Source: the human T2T-CHM13v2.0 reference genome, Homo sapiens
Direction: 5' to 3' (one strand)
DNA length: 64,000 nt
Assembly: GCF_009914755.1 (NCBI RefSeq)
Contig: NC_060928.1
Part shown: in pieces, positions 43,640 to 56,439 of the stretch
How the letters are laid out: each line of letters opens with the position of its first letter
Numbering within the stretch: the first letter of the stretch is position 1
Notes under the pieces: generated by a model
What the model was told of the DNA's origin: nothing
Database searches by the model: none
Seen by the model: only the letters and a program-made list of their open reading frames with translations
Made by a program: the position numbers and the translations under genes

Positions 43640-44660
43640 TTTTGGAATTGAAGAAAAATAAAAATTACAAAATATTACAGATAAATATAGATATAAATAT
43701 TGGACGGCATAATGCTAAACAAAATATATATTGAAATAAACATCATCTATATAGTCTTATATTGAAGAATAAAGAGGTGGTTCGATATCATGAAGTTAAT
43801 AATATCCATAGTGTGTGAAGAAATGATAATATTCCTTGAATCTAATTAGCCATATATGACTTCAGTACCATTTCTCATCAAAGAAAAGTAAATCCTATTC
43901 ATGTAGTCTTTCTAAATTAATTTTTAGGTTTAATGCAATTCTTACTAACATGTCAACTATGTTTTAAAAATGTTTTTAAAGGAAATTTCTGTAATTTTTT
44001 TCCTAAAAATGTTATTTTTAAATAATGGTCCTGAAATAATTGTCCAAAATGATGTTCTAAAGTATGTCTAATAGAGTACATAATCTAGAATATCCAGAAC
44101 AATTTTGAAAATAAAGTACAATTAAGCAATTTTCAGTCATTATTAAAAGGCATTATAAAATTAAGATTATTAAAATTAGTAAGCAAGGAGACGAGATAAT
44201 TGACAGACAGATCAACAGAACTGTTTGAAGACTCAAGAAGTAGACAAAAGGTATTTATATGTATAGGAATATATATCTATTCATATATACACACACATAT
44301 ATAAACATATGCATATCATCTTAGAAAAATTATTTTGTAAAAATCATGTAGCAATGTTTTAAGTTAATGTTGTATCATAGAGTAAAATATATATTAAGGA
44401 GATTCAATATCTTATTGTAACATAAAAATAAATATTATTAATATACAATAAATTATAGTTGACTGTTTTAGAAATAATGTAATATTACCAAAGGTTGAAA
44501 TTTAAAATGAAGTCATTGAGAATACTACAATTATACTGAAAGAGAACACCATGAAGTAAAGTAAAACAAATGGCAAATAGAGAAAATATTTAAAATATAT
44601 ATGTAAAAGACATAACATAGTAAAATGTTATTTCAAACTAGGAACAAAAAGACAACATTC
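43640..44660 (+). mobile_element. Very old L1ME ORF2 fragments
   Basis: A-rich; ggtttaatgcaattc, ctagaatatccagaacaattttgaaaa, gacagacagatcaacagaac, aaaacaaatggcaaatagagaaaatattt. Confidence 0.55.
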
Positions 44661-44764
44661 ATGCACCAGCCTAGTTTTCTCCTACATTCCCAGTTGTGTG
44701 TTGTCAATCCTCTCAGCTAGCCTTCTATTCATTCTACATTGATAATTAAAGAGTTGTATTACAT

Positions 44765-45000
44765 CATAATGTTAAAAGCACAAATTCTCAGGTCCAACAG
44801 ACCTGAATTCCACTTGTACTGCCATTCTTTATAGCTTTCTGAATTTGGGTAGACTACTTGGCATCAATGATCCCACATTTGTAATGTAGGTAAGAAGCAC
44901 ATATTTTGTAGGATTTTTGTGAAGAACAGAAGATCTATTCTCGAGTAAAGCACTGTGAGTTTTATTCTAGTTCCTAGTACATAGTAAGAGCAATATTTTA
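44765..45000 (+). mobile_element. MIR
   Basis: gttaaaagcacaaattctc...cagacctgaattc...ttgggtagactactt...taaagcact...cctagtacatagtaagagcaat. Confidence 0.7.
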
Positions 45001-45428
45001 GTACACACATAAATAAAAAAATTAAAACACAGCATTAGTATAAAAATGGAAATTCTATGTTTTAAATTTTTACAGGATTATTGAACATTAGCTAAATTTA
45101 GTAAGACATAATGGAAGCATAAAACCCAATAAGAAATAAACAAATAAGCCAAAATTAATACCAAATAGATCTGATATGATGATAAATGTAAATGTGTTAA
45201 ACTTTCCAATACAAAATTATCAGAGAGTATGTGAAATCATTAACATGGCTACTTATTGTCTACAGGGATAACATGAAAGATGTGCCCTGTGTATTGTTTA
45301 TTATCAAAATTAGAATTTAAAAATATGTATATGTGAAAGGAGCTCATTTGGAAATGAATGAAGTGCTACGTGGAACCTCACTCTAATTTTCAGTCATGAT
45401 GGTAGATGGTTTAAAATTACGGACATTG

Positions 45429-45785
<357 letters not shown>

Positions 45786-45841
45786 TTATTTATTGCATAT
45801 ACTATTTTCCTTTTGAAGAACAAAGCCGCTGGATAACTCAT

Positions 45842-46195
45842 TGATATGGTTTGGCTCTGTGTCCCCACTCAAATCTCACCTTGAATTGTAATCCCCATAA
45901 TCCTCATGTGTCAAGGGCGGGATCAGATGGAGGTAGCTGAATCATAGGGGTGGATTCCCTCATGCTATTTTTGTGATAATAAGTTTGTCTCATAAGATCT
46001 GATGGTTTTATAAGCGCTTTGCATCCCCTGCTTGCACTCATTCTTTCTCCTGCTGCTCTGTGAAGATGTGCCTTCTGCCATGTTTGTAAGTTTCCTGAGG
46101 CCTCCCCAGCCATGCAGAACTGTGAGTCAATTAAGTCCCTTTTCTTTATAAATCTTGGGTATCTCTTCATAGCAGTGTGATAATGGACTAATTCA
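45842..46195 (+). mobile_element. THE1C/D-type MaLR solo LTR
   Basis: tgatatggtttggctctgtgtcccc...cccctgcttgcactcatt...ggactaattca; TSD ctcat/ctcac. Confidence 0.9.
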
Positions 46196-48629
46196 CTCAC
46201 TATATGGCGAGTCCTAGTAAATTTGTTCTTGACAATTTTCACTTATTTTTAGAAGTTAAGTTTTCAAGAGGTTATGTTTGTCAGGTGAAATGATAAAGGG
46301 TTTCCCTCACATTAAAGAAGTTTGAATTAAAAATATGCAAGTGTAGTAACCTAACTGTTTCCTATATCCTTTTGGCCTCCACATAATGAGATTGAACAAG
46401 CTATCCCAGTGCTGCAGCAAAGGTTAAAGAACTCAGAGGCAACTATATGAGGGAGAAAAAAACTTTTCATTAGAAGAGAGTTATAGTTAGATCAAAAAGG
46501 CTTTGGAAATTCCCTGGGGAAAATGCCTTAATTAGCAAGGTCACACACTCTGGAGTATATTTATTTATTTTCTTTTAGTTATTTTATTGTTTTAATAGCA
46601 ACCCATATTGGAGACTTTTCAAGACATCCTATTTTCTCTATACTTTCTTTTATTCAATAGCCTCTTCAAATTTTTATGCGATCTTTTAAGTTGATGTGAT
46701 TTGTCACTGCTCCCTTTTCTTTCTAATAACTTTTTCTCCCAATTCTATATTTATTTGCTCATTCTTTCAAAAATTTATAATGGAGTCAAGACCCCTTACT
46801 GTGTCTCTTCTCCGGAAATACACTTTTCTCTAACTGGGTAGAAAATCTACAAAAAACAACATTTTTGTTTCAAGGTTGTTTTTTTTTCTAATTTCTATAT
46901 AATTTTCTCTAGTCACATAATATTTGTTCTTAATTGTTCAAATAGTTTTATACAGTCCACCTATAGGAACTTTGAATATATTTTAAAATTAATTTTGATT
47001 TTCAAGTAAATTATTATTTTCATACTGTCAGACTATAGAAACTTGCTTTATTTCTCTTTTGGGACCCTCACTTTTGGGCAGGTTTACTGAATAAATTAAT
47101 AACCTAATCTTTGTTATATAAAGTATTCAGTATGTACTAGAGTAAAATAAATCTCTATAACTTTAAAACTTCAATATTTTCTTCTCCATGAAACTTTCAA
47201 TATGCAAAACTATCTAGACTAAATGTGAAATCATATTTTCCCCCAATAAATGCTCTTTTTTTCATATAAAGGTGGAAAGTCAACATAAAAAGTGTATTAA
47301 TTCTTTCTTTAAATGCTTTTAGTAAATAGTTCTCTGTCCAAAAATGAGAAAATGTGGAATATTCTAACCCCAGACTAAATCACTCACCAGTTAAGAGTAT
47401 CTGTTTCTAAATTATTTTAATCATGTTGAAACTGCAAATAAAAATATGTGTGGTATTTTAAAGAATCACAAGCACTTTGAGATTTATGAAATGAGGGCAC
47501 TTTGGCCATTTTTCCATTCAGCTGTTGCAACCATGAGAGTTATTGATGGATTAACGGTATGTGTAAGTGGCAGCGATATAAGTAGGTGGAAAGTTTCAGA
47601 AGTCTGGAATGTGTAAGTTTTACGTCAAGTGACTTTGAAATGTAGAATTCTTGCAGTTCACTTATAGCAACATGAAATAGCTATTCACTTAGGTTCCAAT
47701 TTTAGCCTCTGTAACTGGTTCACTGAAAAACAATAATACACCAAAATTCTATTGGAGCAATTTTTCTATAGCAACAAGGCTTGCTTTTATTACCTGTGCA
47801 TTTTGGTTTAGTTTTCAACAGAGTCAGGTAATTCCCAAAGAGGTTTGTATGTTTCCATTAAATTTTTTAAAGTAATGAGTTTTCAGCATATAATTGAAAG
47901 ATAGAATAGAAGGGTAATTTTGCAGTGGAAGTTTCAGGAACCAATAGACCACATTTGTAATGCATTCCAGCAGACAGGGACTTGCCACATTTGTTCGATA
48001 GGATCCAAGCGATTACTTCCATCAGTGGTTAATTAGCAGGGGATACAATTTCAGTATGTTCTGAAATGTAAACTGCTACTTAAATGTTTCACCCATTTTA
48101 CATCTAATATTCAAAATCATGGCAGCTGGTCAGTGAGGTAGGAATTGGGCCCTCATTGTTCCCTTCCACTCACTATGCTGTGTGGGACTACCTGATAGGA
48201 GAAAACAGGTGGCTTTTTGGTCTTTAGTTGCCCAAGCAGATAAAATTACTTAAAAATATTATATTGTTAAAAGGTCCATATAAAAAAGAAATTTATAAGT
48301 ATTCTAAAAATGGCAAAACCTCCTTGCAATAAAATATGTGTAAGTCACAGCACACAGTATAGAATCTTTGACACACATTGCTCAGAGCTTCATGTAGGAA
48401 ACTTGAGCAAGTTAATATGTAGCGGAGTGCTGCCTGAGCGGAGGTCATTCTGTGTGAATGACCACATGTTGAAGTATCTACCAAATCACCATGCCATGTT
48501 GAAGCAGCCCTCAAATCACTATGCCATCGCTTCTCTGAACTATGATTCTACTAATAAATGAAGGTTTCCTTTGACAGCTTTAGAAAAAGAATTTATTGCT
48601 TCAGTAAATCTTATTCTTATTTGGGAAAG

Positions 48630-49199
48630 CATGGTGGATGTGCTCTAGGATAATACCCATGATCGTCACTTCTTGGTGTTCAAATGCTTGTGTAGTTTCC
48701 TTATCCTAAATCTGGACATGGCCTATGGCTTGTCTCTAACCTACAGAACATGGCAAAGGTGAGCTTATGTAGGTAATTAGGCATACATAATCATGCACAT
48801 AATATTGTAGTGTTTGCCTTCCTGGAGTCTCTCTCTTTTGATGAATGTGACGAAGCAAGTGGACGTTTTGGGAAACTTTATGTGGCAAGAAGCTGTGAGC
48901 ACCTCTAAAAATTAGAGCAGTATTTGACCGATAGCCCCGAAGAACCTGGAGCCCTCTGTCTTACACATGCAAGAAATGGAATTCTTATAACAATTTGAGT
49001 AAACTTGAAAGTGGATCCTTTCCCTAGTTAAGCCTCAGAAGAGACCATATTCCTGGCCAATGTATTGCTATAGCATTGTAGAGGGCACAGCTAAGCTGTG
49101 CCAGGACACCTGACTCATAGAAACTGTAAGATAATGAACACCTCATGTTGTTTTAAGCCATTAAATTTGTGTCGATATTGCCACACAGTAATTAATACA
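48630..49199 (+). mobile_element. MLT1E/F-type MaLR LTR
   Basis: acagaacatggcaaaggtga...gaagcaagtgg...tgtggcaagaagctg...aagtggatcctttccctagttaagcctcag...ttgttttaagcca...taataca. Confidence 0.8.
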
Positions 49200-49404
49200 C
49201 GAAGACACAGCTTATACCGGGATATTTACTCTTTGGCACTTATGCCAACACAAAACCCAGAATAGACACAAAGGAGAAACTCAATAGAAGGTGTTTTTTA
49301 ATTAGTATCATATGGTTTCAACCAACATCACAATGAAATCTATTGGTTTTTAGAAGTCTTCATTTAGAGACTATTTTACTGATCCATTTCTCTAAGTAAA
49401 AGGT

Positions 49405-49760
49405 ATAAGGTCACAACATACGTAATAGCCAATGGGCCAAATTTGATATGCAGACATGCTGTGTGTGTGGACTACATGTTTTTTTTTTAATTGATATGTT
49501 TAGCCATAAGAAAACAACTTTGCTGTGTTCATGTAAAGTCTAAATATCTGGAATATAATGAAACATCTGGCAACACTGTGTTTATATTCTTTTTGGAAAC
49601 AAGCAACAGAAGCTGAGAAGTAGCTACTCTCTTAAACCAAGATGCCTATTGTCCAATTCAGCTCAGTCCAAACCACTTCCTGTTGTTTTCCACACTGAGG
49701 CCAAATATCAGTAGTCATTTGTTATTCTCCAGCCATTCATTTAATTTAACTATTGGCCCA
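49405..49760. mobile_element. MER102-like hAT-Charlie element
   Basis: gggccaaatttg...gcagacatg; atctggcaacactg; gaagctgagaagtagctactctcttaa; cagtccaaaccacttcctgttgt. Confidence 0.55.
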
Positions 49761-50074
49761 TTTAACAAATTTACATAATTCTTTTACCCCATTCTAATAT
49801 TTCTAAGTATTAAACTTAAATTATATCACCAACAGGCATCACATATGGACTGTATTTATTTATAGTTATTTCTCTTGGAAATCAGTTACTGAGATAAATC
49901 ATCTTTGACCTTCATTAAAATAACCATCTTCAAGGGACCCAGGGGCTGATTGTAAGTCAAAAGTGTATCCAGAATTGTGTGGGATGGTGCCAATTTACTA
50001 CAATCTAGCATCCCCTTTTATTCATTGATGTGTCCTGGTTCAGATGTTGAATTATTCAGTCAGTTGGTTGTGTA

Positions 50075-50578
50075 TTGCCAAAGACAGATCTTGTATAAAA
50101 TGACCAAAATTCCCCAGTGTCACACAAATAAGTTGGTAAGATTCAGTTGATTCTGAATCTGGATCATCTGGGCAAGATGATATTTCTTAGGCTAGGTCAC
50201 ACATCTGTGGTCAGTAAGAGATTGGCTATGAGGCTCATCTGATGTTGGTTGAACTCAATCAGATGCCCAGGGGCTGGAGGACTACTGGCTGATGTAGGAT
50301 GGCTTTGGTTGGGATCACTGGAGTGACTCAGTTCTATTCTCTCTGGGCTAACCCAGGAATATTCTCCTGGTTTTGGCAGAGAAGCAAGACTGAGCAAGTT
50401 CAATCACACAGTTCCTCTTCAAGTTCCTGCTTTGTCACATGTTAGTATCTCATTGGCCAAAATAAACCTCATGGTAGAGTTCACGGTGAGAACTGGAGAT
50501 CAATAAAAGTTATTTTGCAAAAGATATGGTTACAGAGTAGTTGCAGAATTGGGACTCTTAATACAATCAATCTGTCAC
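50075..50578 (-). mobile_element. MLT1H-type MaLR LTR
   Basis: cacacatctgtggtcag...taggatggcttt...catgttagtatctcattggccaaaataaacctcatgg...aatcaatctgtcaca. Confidence 0.7.
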
Positions 50579-51849
50579 AGATGTTACCCTACGTTTATCA
50601 GCTTTTTCAATATTGGAACAGTAATTTTAATTAAAATATTCACATGGAGACCACATGTCTAGATAATTTCATGAAATATTCTGGTTTTATAAAATGTTAG
50701 AACTATATAAAGTCAATGGAATAGATTAATCCAGAACGGTTGAAATAAAAATATCACATAGAATTTACTATGCCTTAACTAAATTTACATGTTACGCAGT
50801 TTGTTTCCAATGATTATTTCAAATCCAGATTCACTACTTATTAGCTAAAATTTATTAATTCAAAATGATTAAGGAATTTGCCTCTGTCAACATTTTATAT
50901 TGATCTACTTTTGTGTTATCCATTTACTTCTCATCTTATGTACTGTACCAGGAATGACAATTGTATGATTATGGTGTGTGTATTTGTTTGTGTTTTGTGT
51001 CACAAACCTTTTAAAACGTGTAAAATTCTGGAGTCTCATTTAAAACTGCAAAAACAAAGAATAATTTAAAAAGGTCTCATTAACACAAGTTTCCTAAGCA
51101 GCTTCAAATTAAAGAATTTCAAATTCAGAAGATTCTGCATATCATATCCAGCCCTTGACAATCCATACAATGCATATTATTATATTTAAAACACCAAGTC
51201 TCATAAAAGAAATAAAACTTAAATTTTATTAAAATTGCTATTTTACTACTTTATTTGCCTAAATAATCACTTTCATAATGAACTTATATATAGCCTGAAA
51301 ATTTTGCATTTTGTAGGATATGTGGTCAAAAATGTTAACTTTATGGACTCTTTAGAAATTGCATTGATACATGTGGTTCTCTCCAGTTCCCTGCTAAATA
51401 CCTATGTATGGTTTCTGTATTCTATAGTTTAATATTTATATGGCCCTAAAATTTAGTGGCATTCAAAATCTCACACACATTCATGCATTCTATTGCTCTC
51501 TCTCTCTCTTTCTATGTTTCCCCATTGTATCTGATTTCCAACTCAAAAACATTCTGTACTTTTTTCTTAATGTCTTTTATTTTTATTACTTTTATTGTTT
51601 CTGCTGTTTGATTTAGCTGCTGTATTCATGGTAAATTATGATTGTAGATAGAAATGTTGACATTTTTATTTTGCTAATTAAAAGATTAATTTATGTTCTG
51701 CTGATAATTGGCCATCTCATCTCTGCACAAAGACTGAATTGTTTTTGGTGGCACTAAGCATTGGTTTCTTATATAAATGCCAGTTCTACAGTGGAAATAT
51801 AAGCACCCTGATAAAGCACAGTATAATTGCTACTTTTCCCCTCTATCAT

Positions 51850-52000
51850 AATTTGGACTCCAGATAATCAACAAATAATTTTTTTTCTCAAATCCTCATT
51901 TGACAGAAGAGGAAACTGAGGCTTGCGTGGGTGAAGCAATCTGCCTAAGATAATGTAATGAATAAGTGACAGCTTAGATTGAAACCCAATTAATTCCAAT
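51850..52000 (-). mobile_element. MIR
   Basis: cctcattttgacagaagaggaaactgaggc...ctgcctaag...taagtgacag. Confidence 0.75.
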
Positions 52001-52763
52001 TAACTAAATAAATACATGAGATTGTGAATAAAACATGAGATTGTCAATATGGTGAGAGAGGTCAACCATAGTATGTAGGAATGGAGAGTAGAGTGAAAAA
52101 ATATTCAAAGAGAGTAGTGTAAGTTTGAGGACTCAAGTTAGAAAATGTATCTACTCTTAACATATGCATCACTATTCTTTAAAAATTGATTAATTTTTTA
52201 ATAAAGTAATTTATGTAGCAATGCTAAATATATACTTGAAAGACTAAAATGCTATAAATGGTTTCATTATGAAATCAAGAGCTTTGTGTTTCAAAATCAC
52301 AATCGATACAACTCAAATACATCAATGCTATGTATATAATTAGACATTTATTAAAAGCAAGACACTGTCACATACTGTAAGGTATACAGTTTTTAAGACA
52401 TGATCATTGGTTTCAAAAGGTGTATCATCAAAGAGGGAAAGAAAATATATGTTCTTTGAAAATTAAAATAAATAGTTGGCAACACCTTTCTCTAGGCAGA
52501 GAATGTGCTTAATTTTACATTTATGTGTTTAATTTTCAAATATGTGCAAGCAATTCTGTTGATTGACACGTGACCAAAGCTGCTTTGCTGATGTTGTAAT
52601 AACATTCATATAATTGTGAAGAAAGGGGTTGTGTCAATCCTCTTGTAGCACCAGGGCTTAGGGCAACAAAAATACTTATTCACTTTGTAGTGGAGAAAGC
52701 AAACAGATACCATCTTTTTAATGGTTGAAAGTTAATATTACAAAAGATGGGAAAAATAGACAT

Positions 52764-54936
52764 TGTATTAGTCTTTTCTCACAATACTAATGAAGACATA
52801 CTCACAACTGGGTAATCTATTAAGGAAAGAGGTTTAATTGACTCACAGTTCCACATGGCTGGGGAGGCCTTACAATCATAGCAGAAGGTGAATAAGAAGT
52901 AAAGGCATGCCTTAGATGGCCACAGGCAAGAGAGCGTGTGCAGGGGAACTCCTGTTTGTAAAACCATTGCATCTTGTGAAACTTATTCACTATCACAAGA
53001 ACAGAACTAGAAAGATCTGCCCACGTGATTCAATTACGTTCCACAGGGTCCCTCCCACAAGTGGGAATTATGGGAGTTACAGTTGAAGATGAGACTTGGG
53101 TGTGGACAGAATCAAACCATATCATTTCACCCCAGCCCCTCCCAAATTTAATATCCTCACATTTCAAAACCAATCATGCCTTCCCAGCAGTCTCCCAAAG
53201 TCTTAACTCATTTCAGCATTAACTCAAAAGACCACAGTCCAAAGTCTCATCTGAGACAAGTCAAGTCCCTTCCACCTAAGAGCCTGTAAAATCAAAAGCA
53301 AGTTAGTTACTTCCTAGATAAAACAGGGGTACAGGCATTGGGTAAATATACCCATTCTAAATAGGATAAATTGGTCAAAATGAAGGGGCTACGGGCCCCA
53401 TGCAAGTCTGAAATCCAGTGGGGGAGTCAAATCTTAAAGCTCCAAAATGATTTCCTTTGACTGCATGTCTCAATCCAGGTCACACTAATGCAAGAGGTGG
53501 GTTAACGTGGTCTTGGGCAGCTCTGCCCCTGTGGCTTTGCAGGATACAGCTCCCCTCCTGGCTGCTTTCATGGGCTAATGTTGAGTGTCTGTGGCTTTTC
53601 TAGGTGCACAGTACAAGCTGTCAGTGGATCTACCATTCTGAGGTCTGGAGGATAGGGCCCCTATTTTCACAGCTCTGCTAGGCAATGCCTTAGTGGTGAC
53701 TGTGTGTGGGGTCTCCAACCCCAAGTTTCCCATCTGTACTGCCCTAGCAGAGGTTGTCCATGAGGGCTCTGCCTCTGCAGCAAATTTTGCCTGGGCATCC
53801 AGGCATTTCTACAGATCCTCTGAAATCTAGGCAGAGGTTCCCAAACCTCAATTCTTGACTTCTGCGCACCTGGAGGCTGAACACCACAAGGAAGCTGCCA
53901 AGGCTTGGGGCTTGTGCCCTCTGACGCTACAGCCCAGGCTGTACATTGGCCCATTTTTGCCACAGCTGGGATGCAGGGCACTGAGTCCTGAGACTGCACA
54001 AAGCTGCAAGGCCCTGGGCCTGGCCCATACAACCATTTTTTCCTTTTAGGTCTCCAGGCCTGTGATTGGAGGGGCTGCCACGAAGACCTCTGATATGCCC
54101 TGGAGACATTTTCCCCATTGTCTTGGCTATTAACATTTGGCTCCTCATTACTTATGCAAATTTTGGCAGCCTGTTTGAATTTCTCCTCAGAAAATAGGTT
54201 TTCCTTTTCTACTTTTAACAGCGCCCAAGTCACATCTTGAATGCTTTGCTGCTTGGAAATTTCTTCTGCCAGATACCCTAAATCATCTCTCTTAAGTTCA
54301 GTTTCACAGATCTCTAATGCAGGCGCAGAATGCTTCCAGTCTCTTTGCTAAAACATAGCAAGAGTCACCTTTATTCTAATTTCCAACAAGTCCCTCATCT
54401 AAATCTGAGATGAGCAGCATTTTGTGCAATCCATTCAACAACTGTCTAGGAAGTTCCAAACTTTCCCACATTTTTCTATCTTCTTCTAGCCCTCCAAACT
54501 ATTCCAACCTCTGCCTGTTACTCAGTTCCAAACTCACTTCCACATTTTTGGGTGTCTTTATGGCAGTGCTCTATTCCTGGTACCAATTTACTGTATTCAT
54601 TTGTTATCATGCAGCTAATAAAGACATACCCAAGACTGGATAATTTATGAAGGAAAGAGGTTTAATTGACTCACAGTTCCACCTGGCTAGGGAGGCCTCA
54701 CAATTATGACAGAAGGTGAATGAGAAGCAAAGGCACTTCTTACATGGCCGCAGGCAGGAGAGCCTGTGCAGAGGAACTGCTCTTTATAAGACCATCAGAT
54801 CTTGTGAGAATTATTCATTATTATGAGAACAGCATGGGAAAGACCCGCCCCCATGATTCAGTTACCTCCCACATAGGAATTATGGGAGCTACCATTCAAG
54901 ATGATATTTTGGTGGGGACACAGCCAAGCCATATCA
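52764..54936 (-). mobile_element. Two-LTR THE1 (B/C-type) MaLR provirus: 3'LTR 52764-53124, internal 53125-54591, 5'LTR 54592-54936
   Basis: Two tgtatt...ccatatca LTRs; THE1-int sequence between them; PPT-like aggggctggggtgaaa; perfect 5-bp TSD gacat (52759-52763, 54937-54941). Confidence 0.95.
53667..54233 (-). pseudogene. Remnant of the THE1-internal MaLR ORF
   Basis: FSEEKFKQAAKICISNEEPNVNSQDNGENVSRA typical of THE1-int translation; on the provirus sense strand. Confidence 0.7.
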
Positions 54937-54941
54937 GACAT

Positions 54942-55260
54942 CATGTGCCTCCTAATATGATGCTAAGAATGGAACATCACTTCTATGTTCTGTTGTTGTT
55001 CTGTGTTCTATGTTGTTTCTGCCAAAAATGGCTAATCTGAATCCATTTAAGGTAAAATAGTTGAAAGACCTACTTGGGAGGGAATTATACAAAATAACTA
55101 AACTGTTTTCATTAAAAAAAAATCAAGCTCAAGAAAGGAGGAACTAATCTAAATTCAAGGGAGTGAAAGAGGCATGACCACTAAATGAGCTGTGATGATC
55201 CTGGATAGACTTTTGACCAGGAGGTAAAAGGGTAAAAAGGAGGAAGTTTTGTTTATTTGC

Positions 55261-55293
<33 letters not shown>

Positions 55294-55580
55294 GCATTAT
55301 TTGAACAAGGACAAAATATTAATGGGATCTATGATTTATAAGGTCACTGGCATTGTGTCAATGATAATTTCTAAATTTAATGAGGATACCGTGTTTACAA
55401 AGGATGGTATACTTGATCTTAGGAAATGGAAACTGGAGTTATTAGTAGAATGAACATCATGTCACTGACTTACTCTCAAACGCACATGCACAAACACACA
55501 TATACAGAACTGTAAGTCAATAGTGATAAATGGTGGCAACCTTCTGTGTGTTGAACCTATTTCAAAATAAAAATTAAAAA
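54942..55580 (+). mobile_element. Old L1MC 3'UTR relic (host of the THE1 insertion)
   Basis: catcatgtgcctcctaatatgatgc...ggaacatcacttct...ctgccaaaaatg...ggcatgaccactaaatg...gatcctggatag. Confidence 0.65.
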
Positions 55581-55749
55581 GTGAAGAAATAATGATTATA
55601 CACATAAACTCATGAGGTATTTTATCTTTCTAACTACATACTTGTTATAAGATTACATAATATATAGTATATATTTTAATTAAAACATTTTTCCTTTAAC
55701 ACTTCCCACCAAAAGACCTAGAAAAAAATGATTAACCCAATAGCAGTAA

Positions 55750-56087
<338 letters not shown>

Positions 56088-56439
56088 TAAAATATCATTT
56101 CTTATTAAAATACTTCATATTTCTTAGCTAAAAGACTGATTTGAAATCTGGATCAGAAAATGCACAATTTAAGCCTGAAATGTATCATTATACCAGAGAG
56201 TTTATAAGATAATCAAGGAATGCCTGTATCACATCAAAAGAGTCAACTTAGAGAGGAGTCCCACTAGCAAAAATTGGGACAATTTAAACATTAAAAACAA
56301 CAATATTTGCACCAGATTGAAACTCGTCAAATGTTTTTAATTCATGAATTAATAGTAATATAATAAATAGTCACTTTTAGAAAATAATTTTAAAAGGCAA
56401 TTGTTTATATTAAACACTAGAAAATCAAAGGCAAGTTAT

